From Mobula hypostoma (taxonomy: Eukaryota): a stretch of 64,000 bases of DNA. The translations under genes and the position numbers were made by a program. How positions within the stretch are numbered: the stretch's first letter is position 1; each line of letters starts with the position of its first letter. A model generated the notes under the pieces. It saw only the letters and a program-made list of their open reading frames with translations. It searched no databases and had not been told where the DNA came from. Below, one piece after another: positions 60,940-64,000 of this stretch. The DNA is taken from NCBI RefSeq assembly GCF_963921235.1, contig NC_086097.1:224318001-224382000 (forward strand), written 5' to 3'.

Positions 60940-63900
60940 TGTGTACATACATCTACTGATGCTTCTGGACACATCTTCAGTGATGTTCCTGGAATCATCG
61001 GGTGTTTCGGGTCTTTCAACATCATACACCCTCCTCCAGGTGACCCAGCCAGGGCTGATCAGACCCCAGCTTGTGTCCAGATGGCTAGCTGCTTATGACT
61101 CCATGGCTCCCCTCTTTTGAGCCACAGCCATCCTGAGGCCCTCCCTGCCGCATCGGTGGTACTGCGAATGGCTCTCCTCTTCCTATCTCCCTCGATGCCC
61201 AAAATGCTGAAGGCTCTCACTAAGGAATGGGCTACGAATCCCCTACAACCAACCTCCACTGGGAGACACCTCGCTCTCCATCCAGCCTGCTGACAGTTGC
61301 CGACCAGTCCTGTGTACTTGGAGAGCTTTCTTTCAAAGGCCTCTTCCAAGCTATCTTCCCATGGGACTGTCAGCTCCAGCAGCACCACTTGTTTCGTAGA
61401 CTCAGACACTAGGACAATGTCTGGTCGCAGGGTGGTGGCTGCGATATGCTTGGGGAACTTCAGCTGCCCTTTGAGATCCACCAACAGCTGCCAGTCCCTT
61501 GCAGAGGTCAGGTTGCCTGCAGATGTTCTTTTGGCAGGTAATGGCTGCTCCCCAGCTCTGACAAAGGCAATGGTCTGCTTGGAGGGTCGGGACCGCTTCA
61601 CCCACTCAACTCCTGCACTGACGGCTTCAGTGATGGTCTTCAGGACCTGATCATGCCTCCACCTGTATCGTCCCTCACCAAGTGCCCTTGCACAGCCACT
61701 GAGGATGTGCTCCAGGGTTCCTTGCTTGGAGCACAGTGGGCACCCAGATGACTCTGCCTTGCCCCATGTGTGCAGGTTTGATGGGCTTGGAAGCATATCG
61801 TACAGTGCCTGGATGAGAAATTGGATGCGGTGTGGTTCGGCTTTCCAAAGCTCATCCCAGGTCACTTTCCTCTCAACCGCATTCTCCCATCTTGTCCAAG
61901 CTCCCTGTTGCTTCATTCTCACCACCTTGCAGGTTCTTGTCTTCTCCACTACTGTTCTCACCTCCTCCTGAACTAGACGACGCCTTTCCTTCCCTCTGGT
62001 GTCCATCTGGGGAATTGCAAAGGATCCCAGCCCAGCTCGGTCTCGTGTGACCACTCCAACCAGCCTCCTGTGACGCAGCCTTGCCTCTGCCTCCTGAACA
62101 GCTTCCTCTGCCCTCCACTTCCTGCCGGTACTTACTTGGATCCCTGCTCAAGCCACCTTCAGGTCACTTGAGTCCCTATACTGTAGCACTTCTCTGGCTC
62201 TTGTTACCCTGAATTCTTCCTCCAAGGATTTGAAGGGCAGTTGCAGTTTGTTGTGGTGTCCATAGAGTGCGATGCTGCTCAGGATCATTGGCAGCCCCAG
62301 CCATCTCCTGAGGTGGTTGTTAGCCCTCCACTCTAAGGTTTTGACTGTCAAGATCGGAACTTCATAGACGAGGAGGGGCCACAGGATTCTGGAAAGAATG
62401 CCATGCTGATACACCCAGGCTTTAAACTTCCCAGGTAGGCCAGATTTGTCCACAGATTTCAGCCAGCCATCCAACTCGGTGCAGGTTGCCTGAATGGATG
62501 TCGTGTCCCTTAAAGAGTTGTCAAAAACCTTGCCTAAGCTCTCGACTGGTTTTTCTGTGATGGTTGGGATGGCTGTGCCTGTGATGCTGAACCGGAACTT
62601 GTTCTCCACCTTCCCTTTCCTCAGCACCATCGATCTTGATTTGGCAGGTTTGAAACGCATCCGGGCCCACTCCACCAGCTTTTCGAGCCCCTGCAGAATC
62701 CACCGGCAGCCTGGGACTGATTCTGTGGTGACTGTGAGGTCATCCATGAATGCACTGATAGGTGGCTGTTGTTGAGCGGAATTCATTCTGGGCCCTCTGC
62801 ACTCTGGCTCAGCAGACTTAGTGAGCATGTTCATGGCTAGGGAGAACAGTGTCACTGAGATAGTGCACCCTGTGATGATGCCGATCTCCACCTTGTGCCA
62901 GGCTGATGTAATTACTCCTGAAGAGACCCTCATCCTGAAGTTGCTGTAATAATCAGTGATAACGTCTCTGATTCTGCTGGGAATGTGATATTTTGTCAGT
63001 GTGAGCTGCCCCAGCTTGTGTAGAATGGAGCCATATGCATTTGCCATGTCGAGCCACAACACTGACACGTTGCCCTTGTTCTCTCTGGCCTCCCTGATGA
63101 GCTGTGTCACCACATCTGTATGCTCCAACCTTCTGAAAAGCCACCCTTCTGGACTGATGTATCAATATAAGTGTTCTTTGCTTGGTAGGTGCACAGCCGA
63201 TTGGAAATGGCACTGAAGAAGATCTTCGCCTCGACACACAGCAGGGAGATGATGCGAAACTGATCTATCTGGGTGGCATTTCCCTCCTTCGGGATCCACA
63301 CCCCTTCAGGCACTCTCCACTGTTCTGGGATCTTCCCCCTTCTCCAGAGGATTCTCAGGATCTTCCACAGACGCAGCAGGAGCTTGGGGCAGTTCTTGTA
63401 CACTTTGTACGAGGTGTTGCTTGGTCCTGGAGCCGAGCTTGCCCTTGCTTTGTGGACGACCTCTCTGACTTCCATCAGCTGCAGCTCTGACACGTTGAAC
63501 TGCACATCCGGTTCAGGTGGGTCTGTTAGGATGTCGCACTCTCCCAACTCCTGCTCTCTTTCAGGATCATTATATATCTTCTTCAGATGTTGGTCTATGT
63601 CTTCCTGTGAACAGGTCAGTTTCTCCACTGCGCTTCTCCCCCAGCAGCTCCTTGGTGAACTTGAAGGCGTTGGCGATAAAGGCAGCACGTTTTCGGGCCC
63701 TTTCACAACACCGCCTCCGATGCCACTCTGCCCGGCGGAGGACCCTGATCTTCTTTCGTAGTATGCACATCAGCTGAGTCAAACCAATGCCCTCCTCTTC
63801 TCCTGCTTCCTTGTGTTGGGACTTCAGCGCTTTCATCTCCTGCCTGATGTTGTGGATCCTCAAAACTCTTTGGTTCTTCAAGTAAGGTGTTTTGGAACCT

Positions 63901-64000
63901 TTCTTCTCCTCTCCTCCGAACTGTTCAGCTGCGATGCTGACAATGATTGTTGTTGTAGCTTGCAGCTCCCTATCGACCCCTCCCTTTGCCGTTACCTCCA
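60940..64000 (-). mobile_element. Non-LTR retrotransposon with restriction-like endonuclease (HERO/NeSL-like, R2 group); runs off the window
   Basis: RT (SAPGP, FRIISLL, WLDMANAYGS, GIITGC, AFMDD); CCHC CPLC..TLEHILSGC; RWRHDQVL; RPDIVL..LELTVPWE..ERKLSKY (PD-(D/E)xK). Confidence 0.9.
61059..63881 (-). pseudogene. RT-RLE ORF with one in-frame stop at 62148 and two frameshifts
   Basis: ORFs 61059-62054 and 62148-63128 share a frame; 63107-63706 and 63570-63881 are offset. Confidence 0.85.

Overview
Eukaryotic, repeat-saturated intronic/intergenic DNA. The transposon set (Rex/Babar and CR1 LINEs, V-SINE-like and tRNA-derived SINEs, Penelope-like fragments, Mag-like Ty3/Gypsy elements, a HERO/NeSL-type element) suggests a cartilaginous fish, probably a ray; this is inferred, not proven. 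Nearly all ORFs in the track are transposon ORF fragments or their antisense shadows. There are two full-length Gypsy proviruses with paired LTRs and TSDs (17586-21971 minus; 44221-49341 plus), a hAT transposon nested in an LTR-like element nested in a CR1 fragment, and a restriction-like-endonuclease retrotransposon running off the right end. The main findings are: (1) a decayed class I viral fusion glycoprotein (env/F-like) gene on the minus strand, ~10466-15375, split by nested insertions and with no adjacent gag/pol; (2) a young Gypsy element with a 15-bp complement of its own LTR poly(A) region in place of a tRNA PBS, plus a YLDN RT motif; (3) Penelope-derived short inserts and palindromes carrying minimal hammerhead-ribozyme cores; (4) a ~620-bp templated copy of 5170-5795 pasted into a LINE 17 kb away. 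A few candidate minus-strand host exons are noted at low confidence, and no host gene could be named.
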